From assembly GCA_040954595.2 (NCBI GenBank), contig CM082595.2, positions 124,001 to 188,000 of the forward strand: DNA of 64,000 nucleotides. The letters run 5' to 3'. Each line of letters begins with the position of its first letter. The first letter of the stretch is position 1. Below, one piece after another: positions 1 through 12,583 of this stretch. The position numbers and the translations under genes were made by a program. The notes below the pieces were generated by a model, which was not told the origin of the DNA, searched no databases, and worked only from the letters and a program-made list of their open reading frames with translations. This stretch comes from Balanoglossus misakiensis (lineage: Eukaryota; Animalia; Hemichordata).

Positions 1-116
1 ATGAAATGTGTTTTTCCTACAAGTCAGAGAGAATCACTATTTGTTTCCTTTATGTTAACTGTTGTGCCTGTACTGGTTAGTGGGATAACGGCAACTGTGT
101 GTGGAAAAAAAGTTAC

Positions 117-3100
117 CTTGTGTGCAGTTGTATTCGTCACTTTTGTCAAGGCAGTTAAAATGTAAGTCACATCTTTTAGAGCTGTCGATACACTGACCGC
201 TGTCACACTGGTATTTTCCAGGAGAACACTCAACTGCAATACAAATAGTATAATGATGATGATAAAAGACAAAACAGGACTCGTGATAATTTCTCAGATA
301 AATTCTCTGTAATTGATACTTTGTTCAAACAAAACAACATCTATAGCTACTCGCTAAACTGTGGCTCCGCTCCCGTCCTCATTCCCACCAAAGTTACTCA
401 TGATTCACCAAGCATTGGCATTGGAGGTTGATCAGACACTTCAACAATACAATAAGACAGTATGTATACTACGAATACATCTTATTCGGTGAGCCAAGCA
501 CTGCCTTAATGGGAACTTACCGTTAGTACAATTTTCTTCGTCTGTTAAGTCTGACAGCAAACCGTAAGCACAGTCATAAGAACCATCACACAGCTTTGAG
601 AACTCGACACAGATATGTGATATCGAACATTTCAACATACCGGGAGGACACTGGTCTGTTGTTGAAAAATGTAATACATGTACACATGCGTAAGTATATT
701 CAATTTGTCATGAGATAGCCAGTATTTAGCTATCTCAGTATTATGCGGGTAGACCTGAAAGTTGTAGTGAACAAAAATCATTCACAAAGTATTTCTAAAC
801 ATACTTACAGCTCTCACAGTCTTCTTCATCTGTCCCATTTTCACAATTTGGATAACCATTACATCTAATCATCATCGCCGTATCATTGTGGTCAAGATTA
901 TTGCAATACCAGTTTAATTCCTGTACTTGATCTGTGAAGTGTCAGACATAAATATGATTAACCAAATCCAAGTATGTATCTATCTATCTATCTACATAAT
1001 AAACTAGCATCTGCCTTTTCCCCCAGCACATCTGTGCACTGTGTCTGCATGTCTCCATATTGTATCTGCCTGCCTACATGTCTATCATTCTGTGTCAGTC
1101 TGCCTGCTTACCTGACTGACTGACTGCCAGTCTGTCTCATTTACTGTATTGAATCTCTTTGTCATTTGTATATTATATTGTCTGTTGATACTTATTTCAA
1201 AGACTGACCTCCATGACAGCTCATCTCATCTTTGCCATCCTTGCAATCCATTCTACCATCACATAGCTTGTCTTCAGGAACACACTGACCACTGTCACAC
1301 TTGAACTTCCCATACGGACATTTGAAATAATCTTGGAAATGGAAAAAAAATTATCTTTATATGGAATCTTCTCCCTATGGCAACGAGAAAGCAAAAATCT
1401 TCTCCCTATGGCAACGAGAAAGCATTTCAAATTTACATAAACATTTGAGGTTGTGCTACTTACAGGTATTACAGAACGACTCATCAATACCAAGCTGACA
1501 GTCTGTAATTCCATCACACATATTTGACGTGACCAGACAATCATCCTGTTCACTTCCTCCTCCGCAGAGTGTGTGATCATACCCACTTGGACAGGTCATA
1601 TAACTGGTTGGCGCTGATTAAAAGCAAAACAAATAATGATTAGCAGATATGCAACAACATTCTATATGGTGAAGAATATCTAGCAAGTACAGAATAAAAT
1701 GTAGTGTATTATTAATTGTTGCCTTGTGGGTGTATATTGTCAGGATATATAACTCCTGTTATATATATAAATCAGGAATATGACAATATTCTTAGTTTAA
1801 AGGAGCCGGCCCCACCTTAAAAACATTTTGTTATGTTCACAGAATGTTTTCAATGTTTAAGATGATTAGGTAGATTCGATACAAAATTAAGTAATCACCA
1901 TGAGCTTTTTTGTGGGTTATATTTTTCACAATCTTTCCATGATGCATGCCAAAATGATACAAACTTATCTGATGTCTGAAAGCAAACAATGCCTTTATTT
2001 CTGTAAATATGTAATACACTTACATCCACTACAGGCAAATCCATTAAATTCCGCATTATAAGAACAAAGACCACCTGCAATGTATAATGAGTATGATGAT
2101 TTGTTTAATAAAATAAAATGTGTATGTGTGGGGGGGGGTGTACAAACCACCAGGCAGTGGCCGCTTATCTTAGAATGACGGTTCCATGTATGTAATTAGA
2201 GTGGAAGATAGGTGTCCCTCTCTTCTTCTCCCCCTCTGTTTCTGTCTCTCTCTCTCTCTCTCTCTCTGAGACTCTCTCTCTCTCTCTCTGAGACTCTCAT
2301 CTCTCTATCTCTGAGACTCTCTCTCTCTAAACTCTCATCTCTCTCTTTCTCCTCTCTCTCCCTGTCTTCTCCCTCCCCTCTCTCTATCACCATCCCTCAC
2401 TCCCACCCACCCCCTCTCTCCCTCCATCCCTCCCCCTCCTCTCTCTCCCCCTCCCTCCCTCCCACCCCTCTCTCTCCCTTACTCCCTCAATCCCCCCCTC
2501 TCTCTCTTTCTCAATCGCTCTCCCTCCCTTGTCTTATATAGTTCTTACCTTTGTACGCTCTGCAGAATCCATCTCCCAATCCCATCTCATCCGACCCATC
2601 TGCACAGTCAATATGGTCATCACACAAGACATGGAGCGGTAAGCACTGCAAAGTTTCTTGGCACATGTATTCACCATAAACACACCTCCCTATATAACAT
2701 CATATATACATAGAAATTGTTACAGTTCCCCCTCAATCAAATAAAAAATGTTATAATATATTATTCAAAACATTGTGAATTTCTGAAGTTCAAAGTTTCT
2801 GAAGGGGCAGGGGACTCGACTATTCAAACGTGTGTGGGCGCTCGAACGCATCACTCGATCGACCAAGCATCAGCAGAGTGCACGTGTGCCCACATAAAAG
2901 TGATTCTTTTGTATATAAAATGCGGGTCTCAAATAACACGTTCCCATGGTACAAATTAAGTGTCTTATTTAGCAACAACCATCATACAACAATACCATAC
3001 TCACTTATGATGCAGTCTGCATCACCGAGTTCATCGCTGTTGTCACCACAATCATCTCTAAAATTGCATTTCAGTTCTGAAGGGAGACATTTGCCGTTTC

Positions 3101-4743
3101 TACATTTATACTGGTCAGGCAGACAGCGTCCTGTTAAGCAAAAACAATTGGCTCATTAGTTGATAGCAATTACGGACATGGGCCTATTTTATGTATTGTG
3201 GCATATTTTCTCTCGTCCTCCCTCAATTTTGATGTGACTATCATCCAATCAGTGTGACAATACATCCAAGACAGCATTCCCTCACCATATCTCTATACAG
3301 TATACTTTTGATATGCAGCCTATTTCATACTCGCCGACCAAACAATTGAAGTGTCAAGCCCCTGAAACTGATCCAATTCTGAGAGAGTTTCTGTGAACAT
3401 AATTGGTTTGTAAAAATAGAGGAAAGACTTCCCGGCACCAACTTGTGATGAAAGAAATTTGGTGTGTAACTGTAGGGGAAGAATAGTTTAGTTGGGCCTC
3501 AAGAGCGGCTAATGCGAGGGAATTTGTGAATTGTTTACTTATTTATAAACAACAATAATAGGATACCACTGTTGCAGTCTGTTTCATCAACACCGTTAGC
3601 GCAGTCCACGATACCATTACACCACATGTAGCGTTTGATGCAGACTTTGTTGTCATCATCACATGCTCGGTCGCCGGGCATACACGGACCTGAATACAAA
3701 AAAAAGGTTTATGCTATAAAACAGTCACAGTACTTTCACTTTGCAAATAAACGATATAAAAGACAAGAATGGTTGGGTTTTTACACATGGTAACACTATT
3801 GTTAGAAATCTAACATATCACCTGAAAACAACGGGAAATTGTTAAACGAAAGAAGTCCGCGCAATGGATCGACAATAATCTAGTCATATTTCAGTCCATG
3901 ATACGAGATGAACATGTCCGTGTTATATTTGCAAAGTAACAAGCGAGTTTCTGACTTCAACAACAAATATCAAAAGTGTACGCCGTAAGCGTTCAACGAT
4001 GATTGTAAGAATACACGGATCTGTAAATATTTCATATTCAAATAATGAACGTGGCGCGAATATTGATTGACCTCAAACAATGACAATGATTCTATTTTTG
4101 TTTCAACACAGCACCCGATCGGAACATTATATGCAAAATGATCCTTTGCCTTGAAATTATTATACTCTTATAATTTCACGACAAAGCCTATAATTGATGC
4201 GAGTAATTTTACGTGATGTTGCTCTGATTAAAATTTGTATTGCTACCAATATAAAACATAATATGTAAACTACCGGTATATGAACTCTGTTTTCTTAACT
4301 AGGAATTCTAAAAAATGTTTGCTGGTAATTAACTGGACTATACACATACATGTGTCCAATAAAAGTGATAGAAGGATGATGTACGAACCAAGGTAAGTAA
4401 ACGAGAAATATGGTTCATTGACAGCAGCCAGGTCCGAGTAAGAACTGTTCCTGATTTCTGACAGTCTCAGCTTGTTGGAATTGCAGACTGTGACGGCCGG
4501 AAAGAGCACAGAATCTCCCGTGATGACATCCATCTTGATGGCGACGTCGTATTGCAGGAACTTGGTGACCAGGGTTCCGACGTGAACACTATAACCAATG
4601 AAGGAGCCGAGTACGATGACAGTCCACATGTAACGACGAAAGCGAGTTTTGGACGCGGCGATGCGGGCGACGCCATGTGAGGTTGTTCGGGCGGCAAAGC
4701 TCTTGGCCAGGTCCTGCAGTCTGGGCTTGGTGTTTGGTTTCAT
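117..4743 (-). CDS. DEG/ENaC (amiloride-sensitive sodium channel family) subunit with tandem LDL-receptor class A repeats; 3' part lies beyond the left window edge
   Basis: Exon 1 (4743-4389) encodes the pre-TM1 motif TTSHGV, TM1 ([18 protein letters not shown]) and the family motif [10 protein letters not shown]. It is followed by symmetric phase-1 GT-AG exons at 3689-3567, 3130-3005, 2689-2549, 2074-2024, 1613-1464, 1331-1209, 931-809, 655-521 and 233-117. All but the short 2074-2024 linker encode LDLa-like modules, e.g. [32 protein letters not shown] and [32 protein letters not shown]. Confidence 0.9.
1367..1424. repeat. Short intronic tandem duplication
   Basis: TCTTCTCCCTATGGCAACGAGAAAGCA occurs twice, about 31 bp apart. 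Confidence 0.85.
2215..2530. repeat. (CT)n / polypyrimidine low-complexity tract in an intron
   Basis: Almost purely C/T sequence with long ctctct runs. Confidence 0.95.
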
Positions 4744-5910
4744 AATTGGTCGCTCAGGATTTTAAGCAATATTCCACATCAAGCATAAATTTGCGATGAT
4801 TTGTCAGTATTTCATTACCGGATAACGGCCCGAGCTTTTATCGAATGACGATCGACTAATAATTGCTCTACTAACGTCAATTGATTGCTCGTTACATCTA
4901 ACTTGTAAACACGGTTCCTTCACATCCGTCAACTATGACGTAGACCTATATTGTCTATTTAAATCTAAATAACATACTCTAAAAATAAAAATAAAACGAC
5001 CAGTACATTTACCCCAATCCTGCTTCTATTCACAACAATCGCACTGGTGTCATGTCCCTGGAATCAATCGATGTTCAAAGGTGGTTGGAGGATCGTTAGC
5101 TCAGCTCATTTACAACATATGTGAATCCAGTGCGTATTATTCTATCTTATCTATCTGATTTCATTAAAGAAATTAATTAGAAACCCATCTATCATAAGGG
5201 TATAACTAATAGCAATATACAGTATGCTATTCTGCGAGCTGTCAAGAAAATTGATTATCGCGGTTTACAACAGAGAAATTGGGTCTAGTTTCCGTTTAAA
5301 CATAAACAGATCTAAACTAAATGTATCGAACCAATTCGTATGTATAAAACTTGAAACGTGAAAACTGTGCTAAAACCCCGACTGTCACTATCTAAATTTT
5401 AACAAGTTTACGAACTTCCAACCGGAATGAACAACAACGCGTCTAATTCTGCATCTACAATGGTATCTTCCATGTGTCATATATTTCTTTTTTCTTGTAT
5501 AAAAAGCCCGTAGACTCGATTGTGAATGCACCGAAGGGACATAGGTTTAATTATAAATGACCTCTGATAATTACAGTTAGAAACTAATAGCTTCTTTTAA
5601 ATCATAAACCATCTGCTCATTCAGTGAGAACTAATATTAAAAAGCAATTTAGAACACTGAATCAATTATAGTCAACACTAATAATCATGTGCATCATGCA
5701 TATCATACGGTAAATGTGGACCTTGTTCTATAGAACTGGCACGTTTGGATCACTGATAGCTTGATTTCTTTTTTGATTTTAAAATGCGTTGACAAAAGTT
5801 CTGCCAGTTTATATTAGCATGTAGATAATTGCAATCAATCATGTTCTGTCAAGTACCGTGAAACCATTAACCTTCCTTTCAAGGCTGTGCGTATAAACAT
5901 ATGTACACGT

Positions 5911-5968
5911 ACATCATCATCATCACCTGGGTGTTACCATCATCATCATCATCATCATCATCAACAAC
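5911..5968. repeat. (CAT)n microsatellite
   Basis: Two runs of catcatcat in the intergenic spacer. Confidence 0.9.
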
Positions 5969-6210
5969 TACAAGATTCCTCTTTTCACTGTAGTACACGA
6001 ACCGCACGTACGTAAGCTGGATTATTGTCGGAAAAGAAATGACAAACGTTATAACGCGATCCCTCGTCCGGCATTTCGATCAGATATCCTATTTTCAAGT
6101 TGTTGCAAAGTTACCTGGTGATAAAACGTGCAAATAAACCCTTCTCGGCTTGTTTTAGTTGTAACAAGCACAAAATACGCACAGTTGTGGCATAAAATAC
6201 TGTGATTTTC

Positions 6211-6765
6211 TAATTATGCAATAACCCCCGCCACAGGCGGGTATACACGAGATTTTGGTACATTTCGAGACATATAGCACGAGCCGTTAGGCGAGTGCTA
6301 TATGGAGCGAATTGTACCCAAATCGAGTGTATACCCGACTGAGGCGGGGGTTATTGCTATTATATTATATCAACAGTTGTTTTTGTGGCAAATCAGTGTC
6401 ATTTTCTTACCGAAACGGCGTCAGGAAGAGAAATTACGATTGTGAACCAACATGGCGACGGTGAATGTAAACACGTGCGGCCCGGGATCGAGCATTAAAC
6501 ATAAAGCAGACGCCAAAAAGTGACAAAAGTGCAAAATATTCAGAGCAGAGCAGTTCCAAAATAAAACATCCGTAAAATTCAAGTGTTTTTATGTTATTCA
6601 TTTGGTTTAATCCCGCGCGACTGTGGTATAACCGCACATTTTCCCTGCTGCATGCTAGTTCAGGGGCCCGTTTTACCACTGCCAGCAGTGGTAAAACAGT
6701 ATTTTACCATAGCTCTCGTCCAATCAGAATCGCGGACGGTAGCATGATATAATATAATTATGCAA
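6211..6765. mobile_element. Non-autonomous palindromic element of about 550 bp bounded by 11-bp direct repeats (Crypton-like or other hairpin-type element)
   Basis: TAATTATGCAA is present at 6211-6221 and 6755-6765. There is an imperfect palindrome of about 140 bp at 6218-6357 (GCAATAACCCCCGCC...GGCGGGGGTTATTGC) and a perfect 13-bp-stem hairpin at 6670-6697. The class assignment is inference. Confidence 0.6.
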
Positions 6766-6975
6766 CATACTACGGTGAAAAGAACATGTGGTATTTTTTG
6801 ACCTGTCTAAGGACAGCAGTCTGCGTGTATCAATTTTACAATAAGATAGGCGGTCCGAAAACAATGGCGGCCTACGTGTGTTACTCAACGTGATATGCGT
6901 GATGGTGGTGTACTCGGCGGACGATCGGTAGATATTTGTCGCTTCTTATTTTTTTAAAAGAGCAGAGTCATTGTT

Positions 6976-9261
6976 ATGGAGCGTCTCCTGCAGACTGCGA
7001 AGTTGGCCGTTGCGTGTAACCGGTTAGCACTGACGAGGACGGGACCCGCTGTCCGATGTGGTGTGGGTTTCATTCGCCAGGGAAACGGCATTTCACAATG
7101 CAGTGTAAAGGTATGAAGCACTGAGCACAACAATGGCTAGAGATATCTTTCCGTAGAATATGTACGTATTTGTGGCGTTGATTATGTTTATACGTGAATG
7201 GATTTCAAGTGGTCAAGGACCTTTCGTGCTTCAAGCAAAGGCAATGTTCCAGTTTGCTTTTCAGCCAACATGTACAGTACAAAGCAATGTCACAAACAAT
7301 ATATAATTTACATGTAGAAAAAATTTTCAAATTATCAAGTTTTACCAAAAATATCTCAAAAAAGAATCTCAAATTTCTATACAGGTCTTACCAGTGTCAG
7401 TACTAGCCGTGTGCAGAAGACAATTTCCAGCCACACCATTGATGCTAAGTCGATATTTTTCTGTGGAAGAAACACCTAGGGCTGAAAAGGAGGATAAAAA
7501 GGAATCCAGTGTAAGTATGATGCATAGAATAGAGTGACCACTGGTGCGTGTACAGAAAGGACCAGAATTAATTTTCTATCTTGGTCAGCTCTAGGCTGAC
7601 CTCAAGGCCAGTCTGAGGAAACTTATTTACCACCTCATTGTGATACCTCATATGTATACACACATAAATCACAGCTCATGCTACAAGCAAATGGAGATAA
7701 CTAGCCCAGCCTCAGTTATAATTGTTTGAAGAAAATAGTTTGCTGAGCACAGAAAGTACACTAGCATAGTGTAACTGTAAATACTGGCCTATGAGCTCAC
7801 CCTAATACAGGCCCACATTTTACCTTTGTGAAAATGGGCTTGACAAATCAGTGGTGGAAGGGATAATCTAATGGAGGATGTGTACACTTGATAATTTTGT
7901 AGTTCAAGTATGTGTACTGAACATTTTTTTTCAGCCTGTAACGTGGAAGTCATTACTCATAACTGTTGCATTTGGTACTGTGCTTTTAGTGGGAATGAAA
8001 TATGTGAAGCAAGAAAAAGAAATAGGTATGTAGAGAAATTGAGTGGAAGTAATTGTATGTTGCTCGTCTTTCACTATTTTTCACTGGACGTCAAGTAAGT
8101 TTGTGTCATTCTTAAGTGAGTATACTTACAGAAGTGATTTGGATGTTTCAAGACACATTAGGGAGTACTACTGTCCATGGGCAAATGTACAAATATTCTA
8201 TAAATCACCGTGGCCAGTGATTGGCTTTGAATATGACAATTTTGCCAATTTTGTCTTTTTCTCTCCAAAAGCGGCTGAAAGAGAGAGGACAAAAACTCTA
8301 GGAAAAGCTGCCATTGGCGGACCCTTTGAACTGATTGACCATGATGGCAAACCATGTTCGAATAAAGATTTCCTGGACAAGTGGCTCCTCATGTACTTTG
8401 GCTTCACTCATTGTCCAGACATCTGTCCTGATGAATTGGAGAAGATGTGTGAAGTTGTAGACAGTATAAGTAGGTGTCCATCAAACCATTTCACCTCCGA
8501 TATTCTGTATGGTCTAATCCTGCTATTGTAAACTGTAGGTTTTGGTCAAAGTTAGTTTGCTGGTGAAAAAAATTTCACCTCTGATATTCAGTATGAACCT
8601 GATATATTGTGTTTTATTCCAGATGGGATCAAGACCATATCAGATCTCACTCCATTGTTTATAAGTATAGATCCAGAGAGAGATTCTCCCAAGGTAATGA
8701 AAGATTATGTCAAAGGTAAGATGGAGACACCAAAGATAAAAATGTAGGTGTTAATTGCTCAGGGTATTGCTTTGAATTTTTTCCAAAGTGCATTACTACT
8801 TCTCTATAAAGTTGTTCTGTCTACAATTTTGTTCCAGAATTTCACCCAAAGTTGTTGGGTTTAACGGGTAACAAGCAACAAGTAGAGCAAGCAGCTAGGG
8901 CGTTCAGAGTGTATTACAGTGCTGGACCCAGAGATGAAGATGATGATTATATTGTAAGTCAAGAGTCATGATAATGTGTTACTTGCAAGTAGAAGCACCA
9001 TTTGCCATTTCTGACACATGAAATCATAAAATCAATGTCTCTAACCATTTCAAGATTGCAAAATGTGTCCCCCCAAAACAGGCAACCATAAAATGCATCT
9101 GATAACTACTGTTTTTGTTTTGCTTGCAGGTTGATCACACAATAATAATGTATCTTCTCAATCCAGAAGGACAATTTGTGGATTACTATGGACAGAATAA
9201 AAATAGGGATGAAATCGCCAGCAGTATTGCTAGTCACATGAGGAAATATAGGCATTTGTAG
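6976..9261 (+). CDS. SCO1: Mitochondrial copper chaperone SCO1/SCO2 homolog
   Basis: Exons are 6976-7110, 7385-7510, 7935-8025, 8272-8469, 8623-8715, 8838-8953 and 9130-9261. The product has an Arg-rich presequence, a TM segment ([24 protein letters not shown]), GGPFELIDH, the copper-binding [12 protein letters not shown] (CxxxC), IDPERD and [11 protein letters not shown]. Confidence 0.95.
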
Positions 9262-12135
9262 TTGTACAAACCATTTTGAATTTTATAAATCAGGAAAGAT
9301 TGAAGACACTTTGATGGCGTCATTTCAGTTCTGTGGACTGCTGAGGTGGAGTGCAATTGGTTCAGCTGAGTTTTACACTTTGTACTTTGATCCCCTTGTG
9401 ACCTATGATGTCGTTTGGATGTTTTCTTCCAAGCGTGAGAGGGTTAAGGATCTCATCTTGGTGGGCAATTACTTGAGATTGCATTGTATTGTCATGTTTT
9501 CTGACATGTCAAGTATTGTACAACCCGCCACCCAGCCATGGGGGTGTACTTCACCTGTTTGCACTGGACTTGAAATAAAGCCATAATCAAAGATCAGTTC
9601 TTGTCATTGTTGTTATTAATGGTGACATATGACGCTATGTTGGCCATTCTCGTTCTGCGTATCAACTATGGTTTCTTGCTTGTCAACAAAGCTTGAATGG
9701 CAAACAACCTTTCATCATCAAAAATGAATTCTAATCATGCAAATGTGCTTACTGAGGGGCAAGTATCAGCTAGTTATCAATTGCTGATGGGAACATATAA
9801 ATAAATTATGTAACAGGGTTATAGAAAAACAAATGGTGTTCAATATCTTGCCTGTAGGGGGCATCAACAATAGGACGCTTGTACCAATGTCTGGTGTTAG
9901 ACTGGAATCTTCACTGGCAACATTTGAAATGATACAACAAGCAGTTTAAATACTGTGTGGGCGCATGCAGATGGCATGCAACCCAGTGTCAGTATCTGTG
10001 CCTTGATTTTGCTCTAACCTCATTGGAAAAAAAAAGGAAAGAAACAACAGTTAGCTTTGTAGAGGGCAGCCAGCACAATTACATGTACCAGTATGCAAAA
10101 CAAATGGTGTTGAACTTGTAATTGGATCTTGGCCACCAGAAATGAGGAATGTCTGTCTGTGGGCCATATTCAATTCAGAAAACACATAAGCAAATGTGTT
10201 AATTTTTTCCTGGATATAGCTTTATTACCACTGGATCTCAAAACATTCCATTTAATTACAATATACATTATACTTTTATTAATTGACATCCCACAGGTAC
10301 AATGTACTAAACTTTATTTTACAACATGTAAACGAAAAATGAGATCAAAATCAGATTACTAAAAACAACATATATTCATGTAGTCTTTTCCTGCAGACCA
10401 GCATGAATGAAACAAATAGCGAAAATAATGTTTACAGAATTGAATTTACCTTGGTAAAGTTATTCCAGTGTCTTGTTTCTACATATGAAACGTGTTCACC
10501 TTTTTATAAACCTGCTGATTTTGGAAAGAAAACAAAACTGTTAGAAAGTTCGGTAACAATTTCTTTGAGCAATCTAAAAGATTTTGTTTCCCGTAATTGG
10601 AATGCTGAAGTGACACAGTTGTCCAATACGAATCATGATACAGCAATGTCTACAAGTGATACATTGTTGCATTTGTTTCATATCATTGATGAAAAGCCAC
10701 TGTAAACCAACTGCATGTCTTTGTGTGACTGTATCACTTCACACCATCACAGATTAAGCTGAATCACTCAGTGACATCAAATTGCCCTTTGAAAATCTTC
10801 TACAATTATGAAATAAATTTACACCAAAAGACAAAACTGTAGCCAAACAATGCCTACTTGAAAGCAACACACAAATATTGACACTACAAAACAAAGCCTA
10901 CAACCCAGGTCACAAATATATCGCTTCACCAAATAAATAAAAAACGCCATTTGCTGCTTGTAAAAATATATTAAAAAAAAAACATTACAAATGCAAGACA
11001 AAATCTCAAAATATCCCAAACAAAAAATGTTGCAACTTCATGGCAATTGAGAAGTGTGCGGAAAAAGTTTACGAAAACATTTTGGTTCCCTCAATTGTAC
11101 ACATTTATTTTGATGTGTAGAAATGACAAGACTCATACATCCTACAATTACAACAGTTTGAAACCAAATTCCATCTGTTGAAGACCTGGAGAAATCTCAA
11201 AATATCTGAATCGGGTTAATAATGCCAGACAGTTATCACTGATTAGGCGTACACATTTTAAAATTGTCACATGAAATTTCATGATAGAATTAAAGTCTTT
11301 TCTAAGTTTTGTTGAAACACTGGCTTGTCTTTGATGCATTTAATGCATGAAAAATATTTGTAACAATTAATTTATATGTAGTGACAGATTTCATTTAAAT
11401 CAATGCCCACAATAGATGATTTCAATACATAAACAAGATGTTATAAATAAGAATTGATTCAAATTAGTGTTTAATCTCAGCTACATCTTTGCCAGAAGGA
11501 AATAATATGACTAGCTGTGTCTATCTGTGGACGATTCAAATGTACATTATAATTAACATAAAAACTTTGAAACCTGCCTCCTCCACAAGTAATACCAAAT
11601 GCTCAAAATTACATGAAGGTATGATCCTCTTCATTTTGGATGAAGTATATAATAAACTGATATTGTAAATGATGAATAATTATGCTTATCAAGTTCTACA
11701 CATTTTAAAGCAGGCAAATCTATAGCCAAAATAATGCCTGAAGCTATTATCTTTCAGCTTTTCTTTTAACATCCCAATAATATGCAAACATCTTCATCTG
11801 CATAACCTTTTTTCAAGGTCAATGAAAATTGTTCTGTTGATTTTTGTTTCAGTCATCACTAAGAATATGTAATCTGACGTATTTCACAAGATTGCACTCA
11901 AAATTCCCAATACAATTTCTAGACAAATTTTGGGAAAGAAAGTTGGAATACTGGCATTATTTGTCATGGTTAATACTAATGATGTGAACCATGAAAAATT
12001 TACAAAAGTGTCCAAAGATTCCTACAGCTATTATAATGGCATGTGTGGATAAAATGGTGACATGGCAGCTTAGTTACTTCTTGAAATGAAAATTCATTTT
12101 GCTTGAAAACAATTGTATTCTACAGAAAGGTGGTG

Positions 12136-12293
12136 TACAATGAACCGGTCTATTATAGACACCTTCATTAACAGACAAAATTGTGCTTAATAGTTGTGTT
12201 CGCAATAGACAGGTATCACTGTATTCAAATCATAGTTTTTGTCTTGAAAAATCTGTCCATAGAAAGGTGTCCTTAATGACAGGTTTCACTGTA
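12136..12293. mobile_element. Degenerate TA-flanked MITE (Tc1/mariner/pogo-like)
   Basis: Imperfect terminal inverted repeats TACAATGAACCGGTCTATTATAGACACC ... GGTGTCCTTAATGACAGGTTTCACTGTA, plus an internal copy GACAGGTATCACTGTA. Confidence 0.55.
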
Positions 12294-12583
12294 CATTGAG
12301 ATATATACCACACACATTTGAAGTAAGCAGGGTTGAGAACCTGTGCACATGACTCAAGTTGAAAGGCTTTCATAATTGTTTGCACTGTTGCACAGTAATT
12401 TCTTCATCTAGAAATTATTACAAACATGACTATTTACATTATATTACAGTAAGAACTACCACAAAGAGGTGGTTTGGACTCTGTCAAGTTGAAATAAAAT
12501 ATTTCGCACATGCTTGAACTATTCTTGAGTTTCAACATTGAGAATCATCTCGAGTACTTCAGCCAATGCTGCAGTTTTCAACT

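Noticed and set aside
2196-2541. ER-rich and SL/P-rich ORFs
   Set aside because: They are translations of the (CT)n tract inside an intron.
5911-5968. Poly-His coding stretch
   Set aside because: There is no supporting ORF or splice context; it is a simple microsatellite.
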